Positions 11,101 through 24,462 of a DNA stretch of 64,000 nucleotides are shown in pieces. The notes beneath the pieces were generated by a model. It made no database searches. It saw only the letters and a list, made by a program, of their open reading frames with translations, and was not told the origin of the DNA. The DNA is from Marsupella aquatica (Eukaryota; Plantae; Marchantiophyta): contig OZ316894.1 of NCBI GenBank assembly GCA_973895155.1, forward strand, positions 1,402,953 through 1,466,952, given 5' to 3'. Within the stretch, counting starts at the first letter, position 1, and each line of letters begins with the position of its first letter. The position numbers and the translations under genes were made by a program.

Positions 11101-14095
11101 GAATATCCGTCAAATTGCGTGTTTTCGGGCCGTCATTTGACGATTTGACGTGCCCGACAAGGCGTCAAGGTGCCCGTCAGATTAAACCGGGTGAACATGG
11201 GAGCATTTAGAACAGGTATTGGGGGTACTAGTGGTATGAAATAAATGTATTTTTGCCATTGAAACCGAGCATCACGAGGGTTAGAGAGGGTCCTGAGGCT
11301 GCACAGTAGCTGAGTAGGGAGAAAGCAGATTGGTTCAGTGCTCTTGTGACCCACTGAAAAGCTTAGCTGTAATACTGTAAAGATACTTCCCTCTTATCTC
11401 GGTAGTGACTCCCATAGCTTTACTGTTCTACTGTTGTATCCAAAATACTCCACTGTACACAGTTCTCTCGATTTGTTTCTCCAATCTGAGCATGATTGAT
11501 CGATGGGTTCTGTGCAATTTCATCCGTGCATGTGTCGGACTGTATTTCCCATTACTTGTCAGAAGACATCGACTGCATCCGTTGCTTAGGATTTGCGCAC
11601 TGTTGCTGGGAAGACTGATGCTCCACATAGCACTTATCTCGTAGAGCATGGTACAAAATCACTGAGCCGCCCATGCACCGGTCACCAATAATTGAGCCGC
11701 CGTGTCCACGAGTCCATGTAAGCGCTCCTCCACATTGTAGGTGGAGCAGTGGAACGAATTTGGTCGTGCCTCTTCACCTCTGATTCTGGTAGTTTGAGAT
11801 TCTGGAAGCCTGCTAATTCAGCTGACATGATAACATATTAACGAATTCTCCTTGAACGCATAATTCATCTGTATTGGGTCCTCCATGAATTTGAGCCTAA
11901 GTACACTTAAAAGCTTGAGTGGATTTGCCCTCCATCCTGTTAGAACTGTTAGAGAACCTCAAATCCCCTTCAAAGCGCAATTACTTTGACGAGCTGACTT
12001 TCCTGGTGGACAGGAGAATCCACTCTTGCAGATAGCACCTCAAGCGACTGTACGTCACTACCATCATGAAAAATGTGAGGCCGATATTGGCTTTTTGTGT
12101 CCAATAATTGGCCCTGCCCACTCTCCTTCTCCCCTTCATGAAGAAACGGGGGGAAACTTATTTTTATAACAATGGAAACGAATGAAATGTCATAGAGTCC
12201 CCAAAAGGACAAAAAATACAGCGCAGACACCGAAATGACGAACAGGTAGCCACGTCGCCCGGACCGAGTCAGCATATCTAAATTGAAAAGCAGAACTGCA
12301 GAAGTCACATTCCGGAATGAAAATTAAAAGTTACGTTAGACCTTGATGACAGGAATGTCAGTCAAGCAACAAAAACTGCAACTAATAATATTATAATGTC
12401 GCCGAGACCAAAATGGAGTGCACAGCTGCACATGCGTCACAATACCTGAAAATCAGAACCTCGATCTGTGTAAGCATAGCTTGTGCCTACGGTATAAAAT
12501 TGCTGGCAAGATGAGAGTACCATCTGATTTGTTCATCGAGGAGCTGTAGAGCTCCATTGCATTAAAAGCATTTACTACTCAGAGTAGCTGGCTCAACCAG
12601 GCACTGTTCGATGTTCAGGGTTCCCAGGTCATTCCGTCATTGACATAGTCTAAGCAGGCTGGCGACAGTCCGCACCAGCATCAAAGGCCCTCCTACTTGA
12701 TTCCATCATGAGCGGACGGATCAAATGAAATAATACTGATTATAATTCCACTTAATGCATCGAACGGGTTAAAGGAACAACAATAACTCTTTATAGAGCA
12801 GACGGAACAAGAAGGCCCACGACTCGAGGGACCCGCCAAAACCAGTGCCACCTGAAAGAGCGCCCTACCACACAACTTTGACAACACATGGTGCACCTAC
12901 CCAGCACCGCCAGAAGAAACAGCTAATAGAGGATCCCGGGAGACGTCCACAAAGGTCCAAAGAATCGACTCATCGAGCTATTCCAACAAATATGGCATTT
13001 GATTTAACTGCATGATTAGAGCCAACCACAGGCTCTGTATGGAAAGTGTCGAGCTCATGCCATCAATATGACAACCGATTTCACTTATTAGAGCCATCCG
13101 TCATTCCGTAGGCTCTCTAGGGAAAAGTTAGCCTAGTACGAGTCTAGACTTCACCCGGCGGGCACGCCAATCAGTCAGCAAATGCAATTATACAACAGCT
13201 GTGAAAAAGGCGTCGCTTCATTTCCTCGATGGTGCTACATTGCTTGAATTCGCAGCTGCCCTCCTCCAAAGGTGAAGGGTGGGTTGCCTGGGCACGGCCC
13301 GGCTGCTCGATGTCAATCTCCCCCGTCCACGGAAACTTACTCCAAATCGTACCTGAGCTCAGCTGAATGGGCCGCCACCTTCGTGGACAATTATGCACGA
13401 GGCACTCAGTGCGTGTAAAGTATCCTCTCATTCTTCACTGAGTGACCACCACCATACCCTCGACGCTAAGTCATCCAGGGTAGTTTTGAAGGGTTTTCGC
13501 CAAGGTGGCTAATGTCACCCTTATTCGGAACGAGAAGATGCTAAGAATCTTCCTCGCGTAATTCTTGGGTGCTGTTAGATCTCCCAGAATGTTAGGGTAA
13601 CCGTCAGATTCAAGCTAATGGGTTTTGTGGTTAGGTTGTAAACTGGCTAATTTTCGACAAAAGTGGTTCAGAAGACTTTTCAGCGAGGTGAAATTTGGCC
13701 AATTTTCCCCTTAAAAAGAACACTTCTCACTCGTTTTTGCCAGCCCAGCCTACAAGTCGATCGGCCAGCTAGGCTAACAAGTAGACAAGAGGGCATAGAT
13801 TGACTGCAATCTTCTTCAGCGTCAAGTGTCAGAAGGTTTTCAATTTGCACAGGCTTTAGAAGATTGCCGCCCACGCAGTGAGTGGAGACAGCTGAAATTG
13901 TCTTCAGTATTGCTATTGCACCCAAGGTAGTAGCAGCTGAATCTGAATCCGTTCTACGTACAGCTCGTGTGCTTGGTTGACAGGTTAGGGCAGTGACAAC
14001 TTCACGTCTCCCAAATCTTCGAGCTTGAGGTGGACAGGACATAACAACAAGTGCTTCTCTTCTATTCGTGAATCCGGAGGTGATCGCATTTTACA

Positions 14096-16038
14096 ATGGC
14101 CCAGCGGCGGGCACTACTCGTGCTTTGCCTCAGCGCACTTCTGGTCACTTGTCAAGCGGGTTTCTTCGATCTATTTCAAGTATCCTGGGGCGGTCAAAAC
14201 ATACATCCCAATGACACTGCCAACTCTGTGGAAATCGCCCTCACGGCTGACGGAATAGGTTGGTTAGCATACACGTCATTGGCATGTTTTAGATTCTATT
14301 GAGAATTGCTTGAATGTACTGCTAGCAAGTTTAGTTGCTCTTTTTGTGAGATCCGAATTCGGTGGGTAATGGATATATGAGAGTTGATCAGTACTGGTTG
14401 TCACGACGAAATGGTAGAAAATGCTCGATCATGCAGCTGTTGTAGATACCTTGACGACCACGGTTATTGGGAGCTCATTCCGGTCACGTCCACTTCAACC
14501 TTCTTGCTTACTTCTCGGCTTTGTCTCGCAGGATCTACATTCCAGACGAACAACACCTATCTGTTTGGCGACTACAGCGCGGAAATAAAACTCGTACCGG
14601 GGGATTCTGCCGGTACCGTATCAGCTTTCTTCGTAAGTATTGGTCACACATTGTGCGCCAACAGCACAGCACAGCACAGAAGCTAGCCACCCAGCTCGTC
14701 ATCTTCGAGATTCCATCTGACGTCATGTTACATAGCTATCGACTAGACCTTCTTTGTCCGATTCGTCAATTTTTGTTATTAGAGTGTTGGTAGGAATCAA
14801 AACGGGTGGACTTGATACATTATTGTGAAGCTTTGCCGTCCTTGGCATTTCGGTGTCGCCTGAAGTCTACGCAGAGTTTTGCTGAATAAAGCTTTCTACT
14901 CGTATTTGTTGCAGCTCATTTCGAACGGAGACGCTCATGACGAAATAGACTTCGAGTTCCTTGGCAATTTGTCTGGCCAGCCATACCTGTTGCACACAAA
15001 CATATTCGCCAATGGCACGGGCGCACGAGAGCAGGAAATCTACCTTTGGTTCGACCCCACTACCGACTTCCACACATACCGAATCGTTTGGAACCATCAG
15101 CTCGTAATGTAAGTGCCTTCGTCTGACATTATGCCCTTCTTCTGGGAGCTGAAGTTTACAAGTTATTAATGTGACGCAGTCCTATGCTGTAGTTTGTTTC
15201 ATTATTGTCCGGCAGGTTTTAGACCCGAGAGACGCCCAATGCTTTCATTTGGGCTGAAATCCCAAAACAGTAAATCATGAATGCTAATAAATCGACGTCC
15301 GTCATTTTATTGTTGTATCATTTGGAGCCGCATGACTTAGTCAAATTAGTTCTACATTGCCGCGTGCACAAGTTGCTTGTCCTTCGGGAGCTCCCCGGTG
15401 GATTCCACTCGGGTATTTCGATGTATTGTAGACGATTGTGTAGTTCTCTGCCGACGAAACCGACAGTGATTAATCGTCCATCTTTCTCGTACAAGTTGTT
15501 CTCCGCAAGCTGCCTTCCTTGGATTCCACTCAGTGGTCAGCCGATTAGCTGGTCTTCAGAGATTTCGATGTGCGGGTCGGAGATGGATTGTCTGACTACA
15601 AAACTGACAGTGAATCGTCCACCTTTCTTGTGCAGATGGTTTGTGGATGACATTGTCATCCGCGTGTATCACAACATGGACACTGTCCTCCCTCTTTCAT
15701 TTCCCAATTCCAGGCCTATGGTGGTCTCCGGCTGCATATTCGAGGCCAGTCAATGGGCAACGGAGGGTGGGGCAGTTCCCATCAACTATGCCGATGCACC
15801 ATTCAATGTGAACTTCCGGAATTTCACCTTCAACGCGTGCATTGCGACTAGCGACAATGGCGCCTCCTGCTTGACGAATTATGCTGGCAATTCGTGGGAG
15901 CTACCCCCTTACACCAATGTCAGCTCCAATTGGGAGACTCAGTTGGCCTGGGTTCGTAAAAACTACCTCCATTACGATTATTGTTCGGATACTTCTAGAT
16001 CCCCCACGCCTCCGATGGAGTGCCAGAACAACCTTTAG
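14096..16038 (+). CDS. XTH: Xyloglucan endotransglucosylase/hydrolase (GH16); exons 14096-14258, 14532-14632, 14915-15108, 15636-16038
   Basis: Signal peptide, [10 protein letters not shown] catalytic motif, WATEGG and C-terminal YDYC..R..PMEC. GT-AG introns give the typical 101-bp and 194-bp internal exons. Confidence 0.93.
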
Positions 16039-16539
16039 AGTTATACGTCGGAAAACCGAGTGGAAAGATAGACGACCACTGTGGTTAGGCACTAAAACCT
16101 TGACATGCATTACCTCAGCATTTGACAGTGATTTGGTTGAGAGGTCCAGCGAGCCTGATTAGGCATTGTTTCATGATTCCAGTCTTAGTTCAGATTGAAC
16201 TCCATTGGTTGTGTGCCAGAAAAATTTCTGCCAATTGTTTGATGCAATAATTTCGAAACCTCTCGAATTCAAAGTAGAATCCTCTCTCTGATTTTACCTG
16301 AAACCTGCCTGATGCATTCAATTTCGAAACCTCTCTAATTTGAGTAGAATTCCCTCTAATTTGAGGATAAACTGGCCTGATAAATTTGAATTGATCCTTT
16401 CTCTCATTCAAGCAAAATGTGTATGCTGGTTGCAAGCAAATAAATCTAAATTTGTGTAGCACCCATCAGCTGATGCAGTGGACTCCAGAGTTGTACCAGG
16501 CTTGTCATTGGTCTTGAATATGTGTTTTGTTTTTTGTTT

Positions 16540-16990
16540 TCTCTCTTTTATTGGGTCGGTAACAGTTGGCATACCAGGCTTTTCAGGTTGTTGTTAGGTG
16601 AGGCCTTTCTTGGCCCCTTGGTTGTTCCCCCTTGATTGGGCCTTTTTGATCATGTCTCCTTTAGGGTGCCCTTTGTTTTTTGGCAGTCTGATATATAGTT
16701 TATTGGGTCTCTTACAAATGGATAGCAGGCTTTTCAGTTTGTTGGGTAGGCTTTCTTTCCTTGTTTTCTCTCGTGCATTGGCTCTCTTAGATTTTGGATA
16801 CCAAGCTTTTCAATTTGTTGCCAAGTGGGGCTTTCTTTTTCTTTGTTTTATCTACTTTATTGGGTCTCTTACATGATTTGGGATACCAGGCTTTTCAGTT
16901 TGTTGCTTAGGGCTTTCTTTCCTTGTTTTCTCCCCTTTATTGGGTCTCTTAAGTTAGGGATACCAGGCTCTCACCTTCTTTCTTATTAGG
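16540..16990. repeat. Degenerate tandem repeats (TTATTGGGTCTCTT...GGATACCAGGCTTTTCAG)
   Basis: Motif recurs about five times. Confidence 0.55.
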
Positions 16991-18169
16991 GCTTTACAGT
17001 AGTCTTTTGCCAGTAAAGGGGTTTGGGGGGATTTTGGATCAATGGTATTTATGGAAAATTTCCCTTGTTTTATCTTTATTAGTATCATTATTATTTACTT
17101 TTGAAGGGGAAATATGTGAAACTGCTATATGGTGAATACACCTTTCAAATTTTGTCTTATCAGATTTTGTGTCCAGTATTTTGATTTTAATGTGCCATAA
17201 CAAGTTGAATCATTTGTATTAAGTTGGTTTCAAATTAACTTTTGGATCCCTTTTAATTCTAGTGCAGTTAGAGTATTCTTAATGTATTTGGCTCTCCTCA
17301 TAAATGTTTAATCTTTTATTTTGAATCATTCCTTAGTGAATTCTCTTTTTCTCATGCAAGTGAGAGAAATGGATTCAAACAATGTGCACATTTGATGGAC
17401 TAAGTTCCCTTTGTGGTTTCTTTTACAAAATTTATAGTTTTAATTGAATTGACTGTTATTACCTAGAAGCAAGTGAAATTTTATACTGTATGTGCATAAC
17501 TCTTTAATACCTGTGTATTTTCTTGGTCATAAGGTGTTTTTCTTTGCATATGTATTTATGGTTTTGTGTTGTATGTCATTCACTCTTAATTAACGATATT
17601 AGTTTTCTGACAAATACTTTCCTTGAAATTTGTTTTTAGTTTATTAATATAACAAAGACCCTGTGGCAAGGGACACAGCCCACAGCACCAAAAAAACCAG
17701 AAACAATTGCGCCCAACATGAAGGACAGCCAGTGAAGCAACCTGTGTTTGCCCATAATCAGTTACAGGGGCCAGCAACAAGCCAAGCATATCATGGGCGA
17801 CCAGAATTCAGGGCCCAATACTTAGCAAGGCAAACTAACCAGCTATACAATGCTCTCATATGCTCGAGCCATCGGCCTTTTTGACATATACTTTACATGT
17901 ACCTACTTCATTTATCATAAAATAAATTAATGACATAATGCTACAAAACAAAAAAGGCATGTTCTAGGATGAACATGCTATATTACTTTTGAATGGGAAA
18001 TCTGTGAAACCATATGGAGAAATTGCATGTTAAATTCATGAAGAAACCACATGGAGAAAACATATTTGGATTGTAACCCCACATGTAAATTCATGTTTGA
18101 TACACCATTTTTTTCCTATTTTTAAGGGGAAATTAGTGAAATCCCACAGAAAGGGATATAATATGATGA

Positions 18170-18520
18170 TCCTCGAACATGCTTGGTTTTTGGTCTTGTA
18201 GTGAGCTGTAAGTGGAAAAAAATAAGAGAATAGAACTAGAATAGATATTATTAAGTGTGAGTGGGATAAAATAATATAAGTAGAGCACATGCAAAGAAAA
18301 GCACAAAAAGGGGATATAACAAGAGCACATGTAAAGAAAAGCACAGAAAGGGGATATAACAGGCTCATCCTCGAACATCTTCTAGTGAGCTCATCCTCAA
18401 ACATGTTGTCTTGTAGTGAGCTGTACGTGGAAAAAATAAGAGAGTAGAACTAGAATAGATATTATTAAATACAAATGAGATAAAAGAATATAAGTAGAGC
18501 ACATGCAAAGAAAAGTACAT
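18170..18520. repeat. Direct duplication with about 220-bp offset, within old AT-rich repeat DNA
   Basis: GTCTTGTAGTGAGCTGTA...AAGTAGAGCACATGCAAAGAAAAG occurs twice. Confidence 0.7.
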
Positions 18521-20021
18521 AGTGAACAATGAAAAGTACAGTCAATTTTTATGACAAGTTCTATTACACAAAGCTACTAGGATCTGTGCACTTATTAATT
18601 CAATGTGCCTTATTAATGACACTCAATTCAATAAAAAAACCACACTCTTAGGTTTGAAAGCCATGAGGGGAACTTAATACACTATGTGTTCATGTTATTT
18701 AGAATCATTTCTCTCACTCATGATAAACTTAAAACTTTGTTCAAGTGGTAGAATTTAAAGACATTGATTTCACACACATAAAATCTAAGAGATAGCAAAG
18801 TTAAAAAACTAAAAGGGTTGCCAAAATAAGTTCAAATACTCTACGATACCAAAAATTAATTAAAAATCTATCTGATACAAAGTAGAGTTGTAAAAAGATC
18901 AACATTTTCTCTAAATTACCTGATTGAAACTAAGGCATTTAAAAAATTAAGGGGGTTAGAAGAAATTACTAGATTTGAAATAATACAAAACAAATGCCTA
19001 GACTAGGTCAAATGCATATAAAAATACATGACAAGGAACATGAATAAGACAAGACAACCAATAGGTGTTCCCCCATATAGCAGCCTCAAACTCGACTGGA
19101 AAGGTGGATTCACCATATATAGCACCTTTAAAACTAATCACAATCAGTTGAACCCACGATCCCTCAGTCTCCACTCAAGTGAGCTACCACATAGGCATGT
19201 CTCTCTGGGCTTGACACACCAAAATAATATCCCAAACAAGGTTTGTGGTTAAAATGGGTTAAAGGATGCGGGGGCTTCCTCTGGGTCTTGCTTACCAAAT
19301 CCTGGTCTCTTGTAGTATGTTTACTGTTCTGATAGAAATCCGTACTCCAAGAGAAGGATAAAGGGCAAAGCATGTTAGTGGGTGTGTTACTGCAGAGAAG
19401 TGTAAATTTTAGGGGGCGTAATCTTGGGCGTTACCTTAGTGTGTTCTTCAATATCCTGAAATAATTTTTTAAAAAAATTTAGAAAGAAAACATTCTATAA
19501 ATATTCAAAATTTGAGTTATATGACCTATTTAATTTTCTTTTTGTTAAGAAATACCAGTGAATCTACTCTTGTGTTGTATCTACTTTATATTACTTACTA
19601 CACTGAATAAAGTTTTTGGTATTAAAGATATCCGTAAAGTGCATCCTGACTTTCGTCCAAGAATTAGGCTAACTCAGGCTTAGACCTGCTAATTTTTCAT
19701 TAGTTGTAAAGTAGGTCCTGCTTTGTAAAGCTTGATGAGTTACTGTAAATCAACCTGAGTTAATTCTGGCACACGATAGATCCATCATGCTTGTACTCAG
19801 CAGCTCTGCCTTGGCCTCGACATCGCACAACAATGTGCAGCTCTACCCTTGGCCTGGACATCGCAACAACAGCAGCCTCTGCCCTTGGCCTGGACATCGC
19901 AACAAATTGATCAGCGCCAAATTGATATGCGCCCTCGCCACTACGTGCGTCCTCCAGTCCTTCATCTACTCTTTGACGATGGCCACAAGAAGCCGGTGAG
20001 CTCTCCGTTTTTTCTTCAACT

Positions 20022-21268
20022 ATGGATCTCCGAGCAGTGCGCCTACCAATGGAGATGCAGATGCCAGGGAGAATTGATATGCAACAAGTCCTTCCTCCAT
20101 TTGCGCACGACGACGAGAATGAAGATTTCTGGAGAGGAGAGAATGATTGCCAAGATGATGGAGATACCTTGATGCTGTTGTTGCTTGCAATGGCTATGCA
20201 GGCTTATCTCATAATGCTCGAAACATTCCAGCCAATTGAGCTTGCTCGGGAGAATCAAGTGACTGTGAACCCAAGAAGGCCAGTAGATGACCTGCTCTCT
20301 AAACACTCTCAAACTCCACAATTGTTCAAGGACCTCACAAATTTCACTCTCGAAGAATTTGCAGAGCTTTGTGCAATCGTTTGTCCCACCATAGAACAGA
20401 ATGCTAGGTCTACTGGATTATCTCATAAACTAAAAGGTCACCCTAGCAAATTGACTCTAGAACAGAGATTGCTTAGCTACGTCTTTTACATGAAGCATGA
20501 CAACACAATTTATTTTGATGCTGCTCATTGGAATTGGGCAAGATCATCAGTATGTGATGATGCCATTTTTGTAGCTTCTTGTGTAAATCAAGCCTTGGCC
20601 AATGAGATCCGATGGCCTACTGCCGATGAGAGATTGGAGTTGGGGAATGTCATCACCAACTTTCCTGGATGCATAGGATTTGTTGATGGCACCTTATGCA
20701 AAATTTGCAGGCCCTTTGACGACCCCTATCACAATAAATGGTATCAGGGGCGGAAAAAGATGTATTGCTTTAATTCCACAGTGCTAGTAGATCATAATGG
20801 ACTTTTTATCTATGTTGACCCTAGCTATCCTGGTAGTTTCCATGATGTCACAATTCTGAAGGATTCTTGGGTGGACAAGAATTGGAGAACCCTGTTTGCA
20901 AATCAGGATGACTACTATGAGTATTTGCTTGGCGATCAGGGATACACCAGATGAAGAATTATGTCATGAGAGGTTTCAGGAAGGTGGAAATCCGAGCTAT
21001 GGAATTGGACGAAAGCCTAGTGAAGATCTTCAACAAGATGCACTCAGGATACAGAGTCAAGGTGGAGTGGGGAATTGGTGGTATGAAACAGAAATGGAGG
21101 CGGTTGCAGAAAAGATTTGATCTTGTGAGACCTAAGTTTGCCATCACATTTAGGGCAGCTGCATTGCTCACCAATTTCCTGCATAGGCGAAGGAGGAACA
21201 TGCGAGTAGAAATAATTGGTCCTAGGGTCAGAAGAGAAGAGAACAGGGGATGGGCTGGCGACTTTTGA
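20022..21268 (+). pseudogene. Harbinger (HARBI1-like) DDE transposase with a frameshift at about 20950
   Basis: FPGCIGFVDGT, YPGSFHD and LLGDQGY in one frame; RVKVEWGIGGMKQKWRRL in the next frame. Confidence 0.88.
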
Positions 21269-21796
21269 AAACCATGGAAGTCCATGAGAGAGCTCTTGGG
21301 CTCAACATTTTATGTACAGCCTGCACTGTCATATGCACAGTTCAGATAAGATTGATGATGTTATCAAATTGAAAGCATGTATGTAAAGTTGTGTCTGTTT
21401 TTAGGGGATATATGCATGACTCTTCATGAATAAAATTATCAGTTGCCTTTCAAATGGTTGAGTATTGATTTTTTGCAAATATGTGGATTCATTGCTCTAG
21501 TTCCAAAAACTACAGTCAAAAAATTTGCCTTTATGATGAAATTGAAGACCTTGGAAGACATGACAACACACGGAAGCTCAAATGCATAGATGTGTTTTAT
21601 ATTCACTCATGAATCATTTGTATTACATGCAATAAAATTGCTCACAAAATGCAGTTTACTTCATCAAAATTGGCCAAGTACATAGACCTTGACATAGAGT
21701 ACAAAATTGGTCGAACAACTGATGTTTGAAGTGAACTACTGATATTGGCAGAAGTGGTCAAGTACATGATCACTCTTGCCACCTCAAAAACTATAA

Positions 21797-22260
21797 CTAC
21801 AAGAGTCCAAAAGCAGCTTTGCATTTTTCCTTGAACTCGTCCTCAGTGATCAGCTCCAATGCTCGCTGCTCCTTGAGTAATGTAATGTCTGCCAACACAT
21901 TTTGCTTGGCTTGAAATGCACTTCTCTCTTCTGATTCTCCAAGCTGCAGATTCGGCTTGATGAGCCAATGACTCCTGTTGCTTTGTTTTCTCATCAAGGC
22001 CCTTCTCAGAAGTAATACTTTTGAACATCCCCATCATCTCATCAAGGTTCTCTCCTGCTCACTTCAGGCTGTCCTTCTTGGTGGGAGGCTTCTTTATTGT
22101 GTCATCACCTAGATTTGTGGATGGGGTGACTGGTCGGGGTGGTGCCACAGATCCAGAACACTTTGGATTACTCATTGCATGGCTGTTTGTGCCAGCCATA
22201 GCCCCTTCCTTAATTTCAAAATGTTCCTGGCCTTCCAGGAGGGGGTGTCCTTTAGCTTAA
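21797..22260 (-). pseudogene. 3' remnant of Harbinger ORF2, frameshifted, ending in a short helical SHOCT-like tail
   Basis: Convergent position inside the TIRs; C-terminus LLKEQRALELITEDEFKEKCKAAFGLL*. Confidence 0.5.
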
Positions 22261-22263
22261 ACA

Positions 22264-24400
22264 TCAGATTTGCATCTTGCAGAGTTTTTCAAATACAAAG
22301 ACATTGATAGCTTCTACCACATTCCCAAGTTTGATCATGATCTCAGGACATGCTCCCCACAAGGGATTTGCCCTTGTGCCCACTGAATTGACATTCCATT
22401 TGATGTCACAGTCAATCTTCCAATGCCCTTTTTGGTATGTCTCTTTAGACATTAGATTCAACTAAGATCCTAAGTCTAGGAGTGCCCGAATTCCTCCTTC
22501 AGCACCAAGCAATTGCACCTCAATCTCCGGGCAAGCTCTTGCCCAATACGGTCGGATTGTTTCCCGCAAATCCACCTCATGTAGGGCTACATTGCTATGA
22601 ATACCTGAAGTTGTTTCATGGTGACTCATGGTAGCACATAATACATTTCCCTCCAAATCTTCTTCTTCTTCTTCATCTTCTAGATCATCTTCATAGTCAT
22701 AGCTAAGAATCTTGGCAGTTAGTGCATGAGGTCCCTCCTTGTAAACCCTTTTTCTTCTTGCCCTATCCAAGATCTTGCCTTGTAAGTCTAAACGAAGACT
22801 TCCAAAAAGTTCTCCATTAGTGAACCCCCTAGCCTCTTGCTGCCAGAATTTCTCGGCAATCACCTCTGGATCAACGGTTTGCTCCACCTCTCTAGTAAGC
22901 AAATAGCCTGGGCTCTTCTTAGCACCTTTCTTTGGGGTGTAGGTATCCATTGAGCTTCCATGGGAGATTTCTTCTTGACTCTTGCTTGTGGATGCTTCAG
23001 GCTCCTCAAATCGAACTCCTTTCTCTTTGGCTTGACGTGTGAAGCGAGGTCCTGCTTTGGGTCTCTGTTGTTTTTCTCTCCTTTGGGTTTCTTCCATAGA
23101 AGTGCCTTCATACCTCCTCTTCTCTTCCACAGCGACATTCCATGCTGCTCCTACTTCCGCAGTGATAGAGTTGATCAACACAGGCACATCTTAACCAGAT
23201 TTTCTCCGGATACTTTCCGCAAGTCTTTTCCTCTCAATAATATCAAGATGTTCTATGGAAGGCAGATCCTTCTTAACTTGAAGACTGAAGACAAAAGGAT
23301 CACCATACATTGTCGCAGCACTAGAAACTTTCTCTCTCATCCTTTGTTCTACAATCTGCTTCATTCCTCCTCGGTTCACATTCATTGGTATTGGCTCTCC
23401 AAAATCAACAAATGCAATCTTCCATTCCACAAACTTGACATGTCGAAATCGCAATGCTTCTGTCAGTTCTCCACAATCCCTTCTATGATGCTCCTTGCTA
23501 TCACACCACAAAGAATTTGAGTTTTTATTCAAGGCTGCTAGTGATGTTCCACCAGGGTTTTTGTTCTCCAAGGCTTGAATTGAAAGAGCAAGCTTTGCTA
23601 TCATGTCTGTCAATGATGCTATGTCGCCCCCTTTTGTGATGCTGCTTTTGACTTCTTTTTCTCCTCCATCAGTAGTGCTTTCTTCTCTGACTTTTCTCAA
23701 GTCTAGAATGGGAGCTTCCGCCTCTTGATCGACCTCCCTTCTCCTCCTTTGGTTTGTCACCGGTCCTTGTGGATTGCAGCTTCTGCTTGTTCCCAAGTGA
23801 CTTCATCCGCATCTGGAGCAATAACATCTAGAGCATTGTCCAACTCTACCCTCAAAGGTATGTCAGCTTCAAAAGACCCCCTCTTCTGAGACTGATTATT
23901 GTTAGATCCTTTGAAGATAGCTGATGGTAGCGCCTATTGAATTCCCTCAATAATTCTTGAGGTCCCAACTTCTTGTTTTTCTCTTGTACCCAACCAAGGA
24001 ACGTGGCTGTAGTAACTCAATCTGGATCTTCAAATGTTTTCCAATCCTCTTTGGCTCCTTCAACAATCTTGGTGATGATGTCTTTCAATTCTGATTTCAC
24101 CAATGATGCAAATTCGTGAATGGCAACCTTCTCACTGATCTTGTGGATGGCTACCTCTATCCAATACTCTTTCAACTACCGGGTTGCTCTTCTCCCGTCT
24201 AACTGCCCAAACTTTGCTAACAAAGCTTGTATATAAGCACTTGGTCATACGACTTGCTTCCTCCTTCTTCTGGTTCTCAGGTGCCTCTCTTCGTGCTTTG
24301 GCCTCCATCAAACTCATAAACATCTCAGTCATCTCCTCCATAGTTTCTCCTACCATTGTGTACAATTTCTCCTTTGCTTCTATTTTCTATCAAGCTTCTT
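22264..24400 (-). pseudogene. Ty3/gypsy gag and aspartic protease remnant (RT, integrase and 3' LTR missing)
   Basis: Zinc-knuckle remnant LWCDSKEHHRRDC; protease IRALLDLGS*LNLMS..LWGACP; multiple stops and frameshifts. Confidence 0.8.
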
Positions 24401-24462
24401 CTCTCATAAATATCTTTTATCTTTGACACTAGCCTCAAGTTTCCCCAGTATGGTCGCCAACA

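Larger units (their letters stand above)
66..11191. mobile_element. Large cargo-carrying hAT DNA transposon (11,126 bp)
   Basis: Perfect 8-bp direct repeat TGAACATG at 58-65 and 11192-11199. Imperfect TIRs: CCCGGTTTGACCT versus reverse complement CCCGGTTTAATCT (11/13). GC-rich subterminal repeats at both ends. Encodes a hAT transposase. Confidence 0.92.

Noticed and set aside
15277-15635. N-terminal part of the 253-aa ORF as coding
   Set aside because: It lies in XTH intron 3; only 15636-16038 is exon.
17050-18900. Weak inverted similarity between about 17340-17420 and about 18655-18730
   Set aside because: Highly diverged, with no definable ends or TSD; probably two old copies of a dispersed repeat.
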